From an uncultured Gemmatimonadales bacterium (GTDB taxonomy: Bacteria; Gemmatimonadota; Gemmatimonadetes; Gemmatimonadales; GWC2-71-9): a stretch of 64,000 bases of DNA. Below are positions 31,736-41,675 of the stretch, in pieces. Where the stretch lies: assembly GCA_963730185.1 (NCBI GenBank), contig CAVSQW010000012.1, positions 256,001 through 320,000 on the forward strand. Reading direction: 5' to 3'. Each line of letters starts with the position of its first letter. The first letter of the stretch is position 1. Below the pieces are notes generated by a model. The model did not search any database and was not told the origin of the DNA. It saw only the letters and a list, made by a program, of their open reading frames with translations. The position numbers were made by a program, and so were the translations under genes.

Positions 31736-33145
31736 ATGAGGATCGATAGATCGTGGGCGGGGCGGCTCGGGCTGGTGACGGCACTGGCGACGTTGGTTGT
31801 GTCGAGCGCGGGGGCCCAGGCGGCGGTGAACTTCGACCGGCTGGGCGACGAGGCGCTTCGGCTCACCCAGGAATATCTCCGGATCAACACCACCAATCCG
31901 CCGGGCAACGAGACCCGGACGGCGGCCTTCTTCGCGAAGATCTTTGCGGCGGAAGGGATCCCGTTCGACACCGGCTCGTCGGCACCGGGCCGCGGCAACG
32001 TCTGGGCCCGTCTCAAGGGGGGGAGCCAGCCGGGGTTGGTCCTGCTCCACCACATGGACGTGGTGCCGGCCGACCCGAAGTACTGGACCGTCGACCCCTT
32101 CGCGGCCACCATCAAGGACGGGTACCTCTACGGCCGAGGGGCCCTGGACACCAAGTCGCTCGGGATCTCGGAGCTGATGGCGTTCCTGGCGCTCCATCGC
32201 GCCAAGGCTCCTCTGGACCGGGACGTGATCTTCGTTGCGACGGCGGACGAAGAGGCGGGCGGCACCTACGGCGCCGGGTGGCTGGCTCAGCACCATCCCG
32301 AGGTCTTCCAGGGCGTCGGGTTCCTGATCAACGAAGGAGGCGGCGGGAGCCTGAACGAGGGACGGAAGACCTACAGCATCGAGGTCACCCAGAAGACGCC
32401 CCTCTGGCTCAAACTGACCGCCACCGGCAGGCCGGGCCACGGCTCGACCCCGCCGGTCGCGTCGGCGGTCAACCGCCTGATCCGGGCCCTCGACCGGCTC
32501 CAGACCTACGAGTTCGCCCCCAAGATCGGGCCGGCGGTGGACGCCTACTTCAAGGCCAGCGCGCCCGGTGCGCCGCCCCAGTGGCAGGACGCGTACCGCG
32601 ACATGGCGAGCGCGGTGACGAACCACGAGACCCTGCTCCGCCTCCAGCTCGAGGAGCCGGGCGCCGCGGCCCTGACCCGGAACACCTGCTCGATCACCAT
32701 GCTCTCGGGCAGTAACAAGATCAACGTGATCCCGCCCGAGGCCAGCGCCCAGCTGGACTGCCGGCTCCTGCCCGAGCAGGACCACGCCGCGTTTCTCCAC
32801 GAGCTCGAAACGGTGCTGGACGACCCCGGGATCACGATCGAGAAGATCCTCGACTTCACGCCGGCCGTGTCGGCCACCGGCACGCCGCTCTGGGACGCGA
32901 TCGCGAAGGTGACCCGGCAGCACTTTCCCGACGCCACCATCGTGCCGGCGGTGTCGACCGGGTTCACCGACAGCCACTTCTTCCGGGACAAGGGCATCGT
33001 CTCGTACGGGTACGCACCGTACCTGACCCCCCTGGCCGATGACGCGGGCGTCCACGGCAACGACGAGCGGCTCTCGGTCGAGAACGTGAAGCTGGGGGCG
33101 CGGATGATGTACGAGATCGTGAGCGCGATGGTCGGCAGCCGCTAA
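31736..33145 (+). CDS. Secreted M20/M25/M40 family metallopeptidase
   Basis: NPPGNE, HHMDVVP, YGRGALDTK, ADEEAGG, GFTDSHF and HGNDER motifs. Confidence 0.92.
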   Translation: MRIDRSWAGRLGLVTALATLVVSSAGAQAAVNFDRLGDEALRLTQEYLRINTTNPPGNETRTAAFFAKIFAAEGIPFDTGSSAPGRGNVWARLKGGSQPGLVLLHHMDVVPADPKYWTVDPFAATIKDGYLYGRGALDTKSLGISELMAFLALHRAKAPLDRDVIFVATADEEAGGTYGAGWLAQHHPEVFQGVGFLINEGGGGSLNEGRKTYSIEVTQKTPLWLKLTATGRPGHGSTPPVASAVNRLIRALDRLQTYEFAPKIGPAVDAYFKASAPGAPPQWQDAYRDMASAVTNHETLLRLQLEEPGAAALTRNTCSITMLSGSNKINVIPPEASAQLDCRLLPEQDHAAFLHELETVLDDPGITIEKILDFTPAVSATGTPLWDAIAKVTRQHFPDATIVPAVSTGFTDSHFFRDKGIVSYGYAPYLTPLADDAGVHGNDERLSVENVKLGARMMYEIVSAMVGSR

Positions 33146-33151
33146 TCCGCG

Positions 33152-33412
33152 ATGTCGTTCTCCGGCACCCCGGGCGGCATCGCGCTGCTGATCTTCCTGA
33201 TGAACCTGCCGTTCGGGGCTTGGCGGGCCAGGGTCCGGAAGCTCTCGCCCGCCTGGTTCGTCGCGATCCACTTGCCGGTGGCGCTGGCGATTCTGATGCG
33301 GCTCGCGATGGGGGTCCCGTTCCGCTGGGTCACTCTGCCCCTCTACGTGGCGGCGTTCTTCCTCGGTCAGCTGGCGGGGGCGCGCTGGCTGGGGCGGCGG
33401 CATCCGGCCTGA
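33152..33412 (+). CDS. Small membrane protein
   Basis: NLPFGAWR..VRKLSPAWFVAIHLPV; 3 TM helices; 6 bp after the M20 stop. Confidence 0.7.
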   Translation: MSFSGTPGGIALLIFLMNLPFGAWRARVRKLSPAWFVAIHLPVALAILMRLAMGVPFRWVTLPLYVAAFFLGQLAGARWLGRRHPA

Positions 33413-34097
33413 CGTCCGCCGGGTCCTCGCTCGACCGGACAGCCTCCACCACCGCCTCGAGGGTGGCGGCGAGTCGCCGCCGCTCCTGCCGGTAGCGCCA
33501 GGCCCAGAGGAGCCGCCCACCGAGAAAGCCCGCGAGGGCCGCGGCCAGGAACCCCAGTCCCTTCGCCGGGCCTGGTACCAGCACTCCCAAACTCTTGAGC
33601 AGCACCAGGGTGGCCACGCCGGTCATCGTTCCGCCGCCCACCAGCCAGGCGAGGGCGCCGTCGCGAAAGTTGCCGAGAACCCGGACCAGGGTGCCATCAC
33701 CGCGGGGGAGGACCGACACGTAGCGGCCGCCGCCGGCATCGCGGGCCCGCCATTCGAGACCGTTCTCCCGGGTCTCGAGCACCCCGTGCCGCTCCATCGC
33801 ACGTCGGATGGCGAGCGCCACGTCGGCCTGGTCGATCCGATCGAACGGCACATCGACCGTCTGCTCGTACTGCGGCGCCGCGGGGGTTCCGAGCAGGGGG
33901 CTCGGGGTGGACGCGACCCGCCGGTCGAGCGCGCCCGCCGCCGTCTCGACGGCGGCGGGGTCGATCCCCACCTCCGCGGCGACCTCCTTGAGCTGAGCCA
34001 GAGTCATCCCCTCGGCCCCACCGACCCGCGTCTCCGCGGCTCGCTGGAGGATGATCGCGACTTCTTCTTCGTCGTAGCGGCGTTCCGTCATTGGCAT
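33330..34097 (-). CDS. Hypothetical membrane protein (2 TM)
   Basis: ERRYDEEEVAIILQRAAE...MTLAQLKEVAAEVGIDP N-terminus; two C-terminal TM helices; 3' end overlaps the convergent gene by 83 bp. Confidence 0.7.
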   Translation of the reverse strand: MPMTERRYDEEEVAIILQRAAETRVGGAEGMTLAQLKEVAAEVGIDPAAVETAAGALDRRVASTPSPLLGTPAAPQYEQTVDVPFDRIDQADVALAIRRAMERHGVLETRENGLEWRARDAGGGRYVSVLPRGDGTLVRVLGNFRDGALAWLVGGGTMTGVATLVLLKSLGVLVPGPAKGLGFLAAALAGFLGGRLLWAWRYRQERRRLAATLEAVVEAVRSSEDPADVRPDAAAPASAPPPADRGRTPPRRGAE

Positions 34098-34114
34098 CCC
34101 CTCGGGTTCCCCGC

Positions 34115-36448
34115 CTACGGCGAGGGCGGGGTGATCAGGTAGTCCACCGGCGGGACATCGCCGAGCAGATTGGCGACGAAGTAGTCCCAGGTCCGGCGGA
34201 TCACGTACGGGTTCTGGGTGAGATCGTGGTTGGCGTCCGGAACGATCAGGAAGTCGAACGACTTGTTGGCTTTGACCAGAGCGTCGACCAGCGAGATCGT
34301 GTTGGCCGGATGCACGTTGTCGTCCAGATCGCCGTGGATCAGGAAGAGCTTGCCCCGGAGCTGGGCCGCGTAGGTCTTGTTCGCCGCCGCGGTGTAATTG
34401 TCGGTCTTGGCCGTGGTGTCGCGGGTCAGCAGGCCCTGGAACCGCTCGCCCCAGCCGTGGTAGTAGGTCCGGTTGTCGTGGTTGCCGGAGCTCGAGACCG
34501 CCACCTTGAAGAACTCGGGATGACTGAGCAGCGCATCGGTCGACGCGAAGCCTCCACCCGAGTGACCGTAGATCCCCACCCGGTTCAGGTCGAGCGAGGG
34601 CATCCGGGCGGCGAGCTGCTCGATCGCCGCGATGTGGTCGGGAATGCCGTTGTCGTGCATGTTGCCGTACCACGAGGTGTAGAGCGCCTTGGCCCGGGAG
34701 GTGTTACCGAGGGCGTCGATCTCCAGCACCGCGAAGCCCAGCTCGGCCAGTGCCTGGACCTGGCCCGCCAGGGAGTACGTGAAGGGCTCCCGGTTGGGGA
34801 AGAAGTCCTTGCTCACCGGCGAGATCAGCGGCCCGGGGTAGATGTGGTCGATCACCGGATACTTCCGGGTCGAATCGAAGCCGCTCGGGGTGTAGACCAC
34901 TCCCCAGATGTCGGTCACGCCGTCGCGCGCCTTGGCGGTGAAGACCCGGCCCGGCTTCCAGCCGGTGGCCAGGAGGTCGGCGATGTCCGCCCGCTCGAGC
35001 TCGGTCACCACCTTCCCGTCGGGCCCCCGGAGCACGATCACCGGAGGCTCGCTCACGGTGGAGTAGGCGTCGACGAAGTACTTGCCGGACGGCACCGCCC
35101 GGATCTCGTGATTGGCGTTCTCGGGCGAGAGTAGCGCCAGCCCCGAGCCGTCGAGCCCCACGGAATAAAGCCCGAGATAGTCGGGATGACGCCCAGCCTC
35201 ACGGCCTCGGGCCGTGAAGTAGAGCCGGCCGGCCGCCTCGTCGACCCAGAGCAGCTGCGAAACCGTCCATGGCCCCCGGGTGATCTGGTGCTTCATCGCG
35301 CCGTCGGGACCGCGGAGGTAGAAGTGGGCGAAGCCGTCGCGCTCGGCGAACCAGACGATGTCGCCGTCCCCGAGTACCCGCCAATTGGGCCCCCCGCCCA
35401 ACGCGGCGGAAAGCAGATCGGTCATCCCGATCACGTAGCTCCGACTGCTGTCGGCCAGGAGCACCCGCGCGTCGCCGGTGGCCGGGTCGGCGGCCAGGAG
35501 CTGGACCCGCTTCGGCCCCCGATCGACGCTGGTGAAATAGACCCGGTCGCCGGCGGCGCTCCACTGAAGCTGCTCTGGGGGACCGCCGCCGAAGCTGTAC
35601 ATCGACATGGTCGGCTGCGGATCGGCCTTGATTTTGATGACCGAGCGGCTCCCCACATCGGCGAGATACCACTCCGACATCCCGACGACCGAGTCGCCCG
35701 GGAGGGCGTAGGGATAACTGTACTCCGTCGGCGGGATGGTGGTCGAGCTGATCAGGTGGAACATGGTCATCCCGCGCTCGTCGTAGCGCATCACGGCCAG
35801 GCGCTTGGAGTCGGGTGACCAGATGATGGTGGGCCGGCCGGCCCGCTTGATCCGGATCTGGGTGGGACGCGCGGCGCCTTCGCCGTAGGCGTAGCCCTTC
35901 TCGCCGTCGGTGGTCAGTCGGATCGAATCGCCCCCGGCCGCCGGCCGGAGCCAGAGATCGTAGCTCGAGACAAACGCGTCCCAGCGGTCGTCGGGCGAGC
36001 GGACGAACCGAGTGCGATCGGGCACGGTGTCGGCGGCGGCGCAGCGATAGCTGGCCAGCTCGCAGCGGAACCCCCGCTTCCCGATCCGGAGCCGGAGCGC
36101 GCTCTCGTCCTTCCCGTCCCGGTCGAACCCGACCGTCGGGAACGGCAGCTTGCCCGGGTCGATCGCGGTATCGGCGGCGACCGAGAGCGCGGCGGCGAGG
36201 CGGGCGTTGTCGAACAGCTGGGCTTTGCTCCCGGTGGCCGGGCTCACGGTCATGAACTCGAAACCGCGACGGGTGTGCACCCGGTAGAAGAACCGGGTGC
36301 TGTCGCGGTACCAGGTCGGGAGGACTTGATCGTGGTAGACCAGGCGCATCGCGTTCCAGGTCAGGAACTGCTCGGCGCGGTGGTAATCCTGCGCGGCGAG
36401 GGGACTCGCGGCGAGCAGGACGAGGGCGAGCGAGGTGAAGCGACGCAT
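34115..36448 (-). CDS. Secreted S9 family dipeptidyl peptidase IV-like protein (paralogue of 11723-14062)
   Basis: Signal peptide; GHSGGGFASTDA, HGDLDDNVHP and DANHDL motifs. Confidence 0.92.
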   Translation of the reverse strand: MRRFTSLALVLLAASPLAAQDYHRAEQFLTWNAMRLVYHDQVLPTWYRDSTRFFYRVHTRRGFEFMTVSPATGSKAQLFDNARLAAALSVAADTAIDPGKLPFPTVGFDRDGKDESALRLRIGKRGFRCELASYRCAAADTVPDRTRFVRSPDDRWDAFVSSYDLWLRPAAGGDSIRLTTDGEKGYAYGEGAARPTQIRIKRAGRPTIIWSPDSKRLAVMRYDERGMTMFHLISSTTIPPTEYSYPYALPGDSVVGMSEWYLADVGSRSVIKIKADPQPTMSMYSFGGGPPEQLQWSAAGDRVYFTSVDRGPKRVQLLAADPATGDARVLLADSSRSYVIGMTDLLSAALGGGPNWRVLGDGDIVWFAERDGFAHFYLRGPDGAMKHQITRGPWTVSQLLWVDEAAGRLYFTARGREAGRHPDYLGLYSVGLDGSGLALLSPENANHEIRAVPSGKYFVDAYSTVSEPPVIVLRGPDGKVVTELERADIADLLATGWKPGRVFTAKARDGVTDIWGVVYTPSGFDSTRKYPVIDHIYPGPLISPVSKDFFPNREPFTYSLAGQVQALAELGFAVLEIDALGNTSRAKALYTSWYGNMHDNGIPDHIAAIEQLAARMPSLDLNRVGIYGHSGGGFASTDALLSHPEFFKVAVSSSGNHDNRTYYHGWGERFQGLLTRDTTAKTDNYTAAANKTYAAQLRGKLFLIHGDLDDNVHPANTISLVDALVKANKSFDFLIVPDANHDLTQNPYVIRRTWDYFVANLLGDVPPVDYLITPPSP

Positions 36449-36584
36449 GGAAAAGAATTCCGGTCGGATGGGAGGACGATTCGCGAGCTTGACGAGCGGG
36501 TGCGAGCAGCGCACCCTAAGATACCGTCGGGCATCGAGACCGTCGACCCGACGAGCCGTCCGCTCCTACCCCGGAAGACATCAC

Positions 36585-37328
36585 ATGCCGCGCCCCTTCG
36601 CCAGTCTCCTGGTCCTGGCCCTCGTGGCCCCGCCGGCCAACGCTCAAACCACCGCGATCGTGGGTACGACCCTGATCGACGATCGCGGCGGTCCCCCCGT
36701 CAGCCCCGCCACGATCCTGATCACCGACGGGCGAATCCAAGCCGTCGGACCGAGCGCCTCGGTGCGGGTGCCGGCCGGCGCCCGCCGAATCGACGGGGCG
36801 GGAAAGTTCGTCATCCCCGGCCTGATGGACGCCAACGTCCACCTCGTGTTCGGGATTGCCAAGACGGCCGACCGGTTCCCTCCTCGGGTGCCCTGGGTCG
36901 GGCTCCTCCGCACCGCCGACCAGAACGAGCGACGCCTCATCGCCGCCCACGCGCCCCTGCTGCTCGCCGCCGACGCGGGGATCACCGACCCCGATGCCTG
37001 GGCCGCCCTGCCGAACGATCAGAAGATCGACAACTCCACCGCGCTCGGCTCGGCGCACTTCACCTGGTTCGACGCGATGGCCGAGAAGGGGATGGCGCCG
37101 ATGGACATGATCCTGGCCGCGACCCGGAACATCGCGATGGCCTACCACGTCATCGACGACTTCGGGACGGTCGAACCCGGCAAGCGCGCCGATCTCCTGC
37201 TCCTCGACGCCGACCCGCTGGCCGACATCGCCAACGTTCGGAAGATCTCGATGGTGATGAAGGACGGCGCGGTGGTCGATCGCGAGGCCCTGCCGCTCCA
37301 CCCGATGCTGACGGTGCCGCGATCGTGA
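36585..37328 (+). CDS. Amidohydrolase-family protein, apparently internally deleted (247 aa)
   Basis: N-terminal beta-sandwich and VIPGLMDANVHL joined almost directly to C-terminal LAADAG...GTVEPGKRADLLLLDADPL. Confidence 0.65.
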   Translation: MPRPFASLLVLALVAPPANAQTTAIVGTTLIDDRGGPPVSPATILITDGRIQAVGPSASVRVPAGARRIDGAGKFVIPGLMDANVHLVFGIAKTADRFPPRVPWVGLLRTADQNERRLIAAHAPLLLAADAGITDPDAWAALPNDQKIDNSTALGSAHFTWFDAMAEKGMAPMDMILAATRNIAMAYHVIDDFGTVEPGKRADLLLLDADPLADIANVRKISMVMKDGAVVDREALPLHPMLTVPRS

Positions 37329-37338
37329 CCGGCGTCGC

Positions 37339-38316
37339 TTAAGGGGTGACCACGCCGGTCATCCGAACCACCTCGAAGTCGCTCCCTTTGAGCTGCTTCA
37401 GGGTGTTCATCTCGCCGTCGTTCCAGCGGGCGTCGGCAACCCCGGAGAGATACCAGTCGCTCCCGTTGTCGGCGACGATCATGCCGTACTGCTTGAGGGC
37501 CGCGAGAATCACCCGGGCGCTGGCCGGGTAACCGGAGTCGTCGAACGACCCCTTGAGGCGGACCCGCATGCCCATCGGCGGACGGAGCGGATCGGTGTCG
37601 CTGCTGGCCCAGTGACGGGCCGGAGAGACGTAGGCCTTCCGGGTGTGGCTCACGGTGAAGCGAAGGGCATGGGTGATCTCGCCCGCGGCCACCTCGTCGT
37701 AGCGCACCAAACCCGGCAGGATCGGGAGTCCGGCCGCGTCCGCCGAGGTCCACCCGGCGGGGCGGAGGGCGTTGGACGAGAGATCGAAGATCGCACCCGA
37801 TCCGGCGTGCCACGACCCGTTCGGCTGCGGGTAGGCCGCATAGAGCTCATATAGGATCCAGCGGTCCCGGTCCACCACCAGCACGTGACGGTCGCCGTTC
37901 GAGCCGGCGCCGCCCTCGATCGGAGCGTTGGCCGGGATCGGATAGGGCCCGGGATCGCTCTCGCTCGCGTAGTCGAACGTCACCGCCACCCCCGGCTGAC
38001 CGCCCGCCACCACCAGGTACGGAATCCCGAACGGCCCGCCGTTCCAGTCGGCGCCGAAGTCAGGATGGAACGACTTCCCCGCCCCGATCAGCGAGATGAT
38101 CGCGCCCGAGTTGGGATCGACCGATGCCGTATCCACCGGCCGGTTCCACGGGTTGTCGCCCGGGAAGAGCTGGTGCGGGACCAGATCGGCGTTCAGACCG
38201 AGCGGGCCGGACGAGGGTGGTGGTGCCGGCGGGGTCGGGGCCGGGTCGAGGCCGCCCTGCTCCAGGCTACAGGCGGCCAGGGTCAGCAGCAGCGCGATCG
38301 GGAGTCGGTGAGCCAT
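37339..38316 (-). CDS. Conserved hypothetical lipoprotein
   Basis: Lipobox LAAC; FPGDNPWN, GDRHVLVVD and ADAAGLPILPGLVRYDEV..GEITHALRFT motifs. Confidence 0.75.
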   Translation of the reverse strand: MAHRLPIALLLTLAACSLEQGGLDPAPTPPAPPPSSGPLGLNADLVPHQLFPGDNPWNRPVDTASVDPNSGAIISLIGAGKSFHPDFGADWNGGPFGIPYLVVAGGQPGVAVTFDYASESDPGPYPIPANAPIEGGAGSNGDRHVLVVDRDRWILYELYAAYPQPNGSWHAGSGAIFDLSSNALRPAGWTSADAAGLPILPGLVRYDEVAAGEITHALRFTVSHTRKAYVSPARHWASSDTDPLRPPMGMRVRLKGSFDDSGYPASARVILAALKQYGMIVADNGSDWYLSGVADARWNDGEMNTLKQLKGSDFEVVRMTGVVTP

Positions 38317-38441
38317 GGCGACGCGGGGTTGCAAGAATCAGGGCAGCCTGGCCGCCACCCGACCGACGTCCTAACCCCTTGTCGCGCCAGTCTCCCCGCC
38401 GGGCTGAGGCAAAGAACTGCACCGCGATCTGCAACCACCTC

Positions 38442-39506
38442 TCATCCCGCCATCGCCCGCCGGCGAGCCACCCCCCGACCCCGCTGGTACCATCCCCGGC
38501 TCCTGGTCACCAGCCGGACGACCGAGAGCATGACCGGCACCTCGATCAGGACGCCCACCACGGTCGCCAAGGCCGCCCCGGAGCGCAGGCCGAAGATCCC
38601 GATCGCAGTCGCCACCGCCAGCTCGAAGAAGTTGCTGGCCCCGATCAGCGCCGACGGGCAAGCGACCGCATGCGATTCGCCCAGGGCACGGTTGAGCAGG
38701 TAGGCAAGCCCGCTGTTGAAGTAGACCTGGATCAGGATCGGCACCGCGAGGATCGCGATCACCAGTGGCTGGGCCAGGATCTGACCGCCTTGGAAGCCGA
38801 ACAGGAGCACGAGGGTGGTCAGCAACGCCACCAGCGAGACCGGGTGCAGCGTCCGAAGCACCCGCTCGAGCGCGCCCGGCCGCGGGGTCAGGACCCGCCG
38901 CCAGAGCTGGGCCAGGATCACCGGGAGCACGATGTAGAGCGCCACCGAGAGGAGGAGGGTGTCCCAGGGGACCCGGATCGCCGACAGGCCGAGCAGGAGA
39001 CTCACCAGCGGCGCGAAGGCCACCACCATCAGGGCGTCGTTCAGGGCCACCTGGGTCAACGTGAAGTTGGCGTCCCCGTCGCTCAGGTTGCTCCAGACGA
39101 AGACCATCGCCGTGCAGGGCGCGGCCGCGAGCAGAATCAGCCCGGCCACGTACGAGTCGATCTGATCGGGAGGCAAGTACCCCCCAAACACCCGGCGCAC
39201 GAAGAGCCAGCCGAGAAAGGCCATCGAGAAAGGCTTGACGGCCCAGTTCACGAAGAGCGTGACCCCGATGCCGCGCCAGTGCTCCCGGACCCGCCCCAGC
39301 GAGCCAAAGTCGATCTTGAGCAGCATCGGCACGATCATCAGCCAGATCAGCGCCGCCACGGGGAGGTTGACCCGGGCCACCTCGAGGCCGCCCAGCTCGG
39401 CGAACGCCGCCGGGAAGGCTCGGCCGAAGAGAATCCCGGCACCGATGCTGAGGAAGACCCAGAGCGTCAGATAGCGCTCGAACCGTCCGAGCCCGGGAGC
39501 GGTCAT
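38442..39506 (-). CDS. acr3: ACR3 family arsenite efflux transporter
   Basis: FERYLTLWV, NWAVKPFSM, AAAPCTAMVFVW, GASNFFELAVA and VGVLIEVPVML motifs. Confidence 0.96.
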   Translation of the reverse strand: MTAPGLGRFERYLTLWVFLSIGAGILFGRAFPAAFAELGGLEVARVNLPVAALIWLMIVPMLLKIDFGSLGRVREHWRGIGVTLFVNWAVKPFSMAFLGWLFVRRVFGGYLPPDQIDSYVAGLILLAAAPCTAMVFVWSNLSDGDANFTLTQVALNDALMVVAFAPLVSLLLGLSAIRVPWDTLLLSVALYIVLPVILAQLWRRVLTPRPGALERVLRTLHPVSLVALLTTLVLLFGFQGGQILAQPLVIAILAVPILIQVYFNSGLAYLLNRALGESHAVACPSALIGASNFFELAVATAIGIFGLRSGAALATVVGVLIEVPVMLSVVRLVTRSRGWYQRGRGVARRRAMAG

Positions 39507-40282
39507 GGCGCCTTGGCCGCCGCGCCGCCCGACCGGAGCTGCGAGGCGAATTCGTGGGGAAGCTCGCTGGCCAGGATGCCCGCCACGGTCCGCTCCAGAT
39601 CGTACTCCACCCGCCGGTGCTCGACCCGCCACGAGACCGAGCCACCGTCTTCCGCCGTCTGGAGGTCGAGGACCGCGTAGCCGGCCCGCCAGTCGCCGTC
39701 CTTCGGCCGCCCGACCGACCCGGTGTTCACGAAGGTGATCCCGCCGACGACCCGATCCCAGGGCAGATGAGTGTGGCCGAACGCGATCACGTCGCCGGGC
39801 CGGGCGCCGGCCAGCGCCGCCATCTTGAGACAGAAGTCGTCCGATCGATCGCCGGTCCAATAGAGCGTGTTGAGCGTGGGCGCGCCGTGCACCAGGATCA
39901 GGGCAGGACCGGCGCGGTGACCGCCCCTCGGGCGGAGGTCGAGCCGGAACGGCAGCTCGCCCAGCCAACGTTTGGTCGCGGCCGAGCAATGATTCCCGGT
40001 CCAGGCGAAGCTCTGGTGCGAGAGGGCTTCCTGCCGGGGATCCTCGTAGCGGCAACCGCAGTGCTCCGCGGCGAGCGCGACGGTTGAGTCGTAGTTGCCC
40101 GCCACCCCGGCGAGACCGCGTCCCCCAACCAGCGCGACCGTCTCATCGGGCCAGGGCCCGTAGCCGACCAGGTCGCCGAGGTGGTACCTGGCGGCCACGG
40201 CCGGATCGGCGTCGATCGAAGCCAGCGCAGCCTCGAGCGCCGGAAGATTGGCATGCACGTCGGAAAGGAGCGCGATTCTCAC
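39503..40282 (-). CDS. Calcineurin-like metallophosphoesterase in the ars operon
   Basis: SDVHAN, GDLVGYG, GNYD, HG and FGHTH motifs; HCGC; overlaps the acr3 start by 4 bp. Confidence 0.9.
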   Translation of the reverse strand: MRIALLSDVHANLPALEAALASIDADPAVAARYHLGDLVGYGPWPDETVALVGGRGLAGVAGNYDSTVALAAEHCGCRYEDPRQEALSHQSFAWTGNHCSAATKRWLGELPFRLDLRPRGGHRAGPALILVHGAPTLNTLYWTGDRSDDFCLKMAALAGARPGDVIAFGHTHLPWDRVVGGITFVNTGSVGRPKDGDWRAGYAVLDLQTAEDGGSVSWRVEHRRVEYDLERTVAGILASELPHEFASQLRSGGAAAKAP

Positions 40283-40291
40283 GGGCGAGCC

Positions 40292-41233
40292 TCAGGGGCA
40301 GCAGTCGGGGCCGCAGCAGGCCCCGGCCCGGTCGCGAACCGGCAGCGGCTTCGCCTCGGCCGGCTTGGTCGCGCGCACGAAGGCGGCCATGAACCGGCCG
40401 TCGATCTGGTCGAGGTTGGCGTCGACGTCGATCCCGGCGCCGGCCAGGAAGGTCCGGGCGTCCTCGCTCCGATAGACCCGGGTCGGCTCGATGCTCGCCG
40501 CCGCGAACCCCGTCTCACCGAGCAGGGTCAGGAACTCCGTCTCCTCCAGCGCTCCGGCCACGCAGCCGACCCAGAGCTCCATGCTGCGCCGGAGGTCGGC
40601 GGGCACGTCGCCCCGAACCACCACGTCGCTCACGGCGAACCGCCCCCCGGGCTTGAGCACCCGGAACGCCTCGGCCAACACCCTCCGCTTGTCGCCCGAG
40701 AGGTTGATGACGCAGTTGGAGATGATCACGTCCACCGAGCGGTCGGGAAGGGGGATGGCCTCGATCTGCCCCTTCAGGAACTCGACGTTCGCGACCTTGG
40801 CGTCGGCCGCGTTCTTCCGGGCCAGGGCCAGCATGTCGTCCGTCATGTCGAGACCGTACGCCTTGCCGGTCGGGCCGACTCGGCGAGCGGAGAGCAGCAC
40901 GTCGATCCCGCCGCCGGAGCCCAGATCGAGCACGACCTCGCCCGGCCGGAGCTCCGCGAGCGCGGTGGGGTTGCCGCACCCCAACGAGGCGAGCACCGCG
41001 GCCGAGGGCAGCTCGGCCGTCTCGGCCCCGAGATAGAGGTCCCGGGTGATCGGATCGACCGTGCCGTCGAAGGCAGCGCCGCCGCAGCACGAGCTGACCG
41101 GACCGCAGCATCCGGCCTCGCCGGAGGCGTCCATGACCCGGCGCGCGGCCGCGCCGTACTTGTCTTTGACGATGCCAACCACGGATTCGAGGTCGGGGTT
41201 CGGCGTGGTTTCCGGGCGTGGCGTGGCGGACAT
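40292..41233 (-). CDS. arsM: Arsenite S-adenosylmethionine methyltransferase
   Basis: [27 protein letters not shown] and WVGCVAGAL motifs; Cys-rich termini. Confidence 0.95.
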   Translation of the reverse strand: MSATPRPETTPNPDLESVVGIVKDKYGAAARRVMDASGEAGCCGPVSSCCGGAAFDGTVDPITRDLYLGAETAELPSAAVLASLGCGNPTALAELRPGEVVLDLGSGGGIDVLLSARRVGPTGKAYGLDMTDDMLALARKNAADAKVANVEFLKGQIEAIPLPDRSVDVIISNCVINLSGDKRRVLAEAFRVLKPGGRFAVSDVVVRGDVPADLRRSMELWVGCVAGALEETEFLTLLGETGFAAASIEPTRVYRSEDARTFLAGAGIDVDANLDQIDGRFMAAFVRATKPAEAKPLPVRDRAGACCGPDCCP

Positions 41234-41247
41234 GGGTTCCCTCTCCG

Positions 41248-41265
41248 ATCAAACAACGTTGATAT
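41248..41265. promoter_or_regulatory. Second putative ArsR operator upstream of arsM
   Basis: ATCAA-N6-TTGATAT, the same core as the arsR operator, next to the arsM RBS (GGAGAGGG on the minus strand). Confidence 0.7.
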
Positions 41266-41304
41266 GTTTTACCGACTTTACCCGACATCCGGGCGAGATC
41301 GGTG

Positions 41305-41640
41305 TCAGCCGCAGCAGCTGCCGAGCACGCGGAGCTTGCCTCGTCCCGCCGCCTTGTCGGTGGCCAGCACGCGGACGACGTCGTGCGCCTCCGCGAGGCC
41401 ATCGGGCGTGAGCGAGTAGTAGGACCACTTCCCCTCCCGGCGGTCGGTCACCAGGCCGGCCTCACGAAGCACCCTGAGGTGAAACGACAGCCGGGACTGG
41501 GCCGCCCCCAGCGAATCCTGGAGCTCGCAGACGCAGTGCTCGCCACCTCGAAGGCGGTCGAGGAGCGCCAGGCGGGTCTCGTCCGACAGCGCCTGGAAGA
41601 GCCGGGCGGCGCGGGCGAGGTCGAGGGCGGCGGTGGTCAT
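41305..41640 (-). CDS. arsR: ArsR/SmtB family repressor
   Basis: FQALSDETRL, EHCVCEL, QSRLSFHLRVLREAGLV and C-terminal SCCG. Confidence 0.93.
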   Translation of the reverse strand: MTTAALDLARAARLFQALSDETRLALLDRLRGGEHCVCELQDSLGAAQSRLSFHLRVLREAGLVTDRREGKWSYYSLTPDGLAEAHDVVRVLATDKAAGRGKLRVLGSCCG

Positions 41641-41647
41641 GACAACC

Positions 41648-41675
41648 ATCATATCAAAGAATCTTGATATGTCAA
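41648..41675 (-). promoter_or_regulatory. Sigma70 promoter of the ars operon with overlapping ArsR operator
   Basis: Minus strand reads TTGACA (41675-41670)-16 nt-TATGAT (41653-41648) with extended TG; palindrome ATATCAA-N6-TTGATAT at 41651-41670. Confidence 0.85.
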
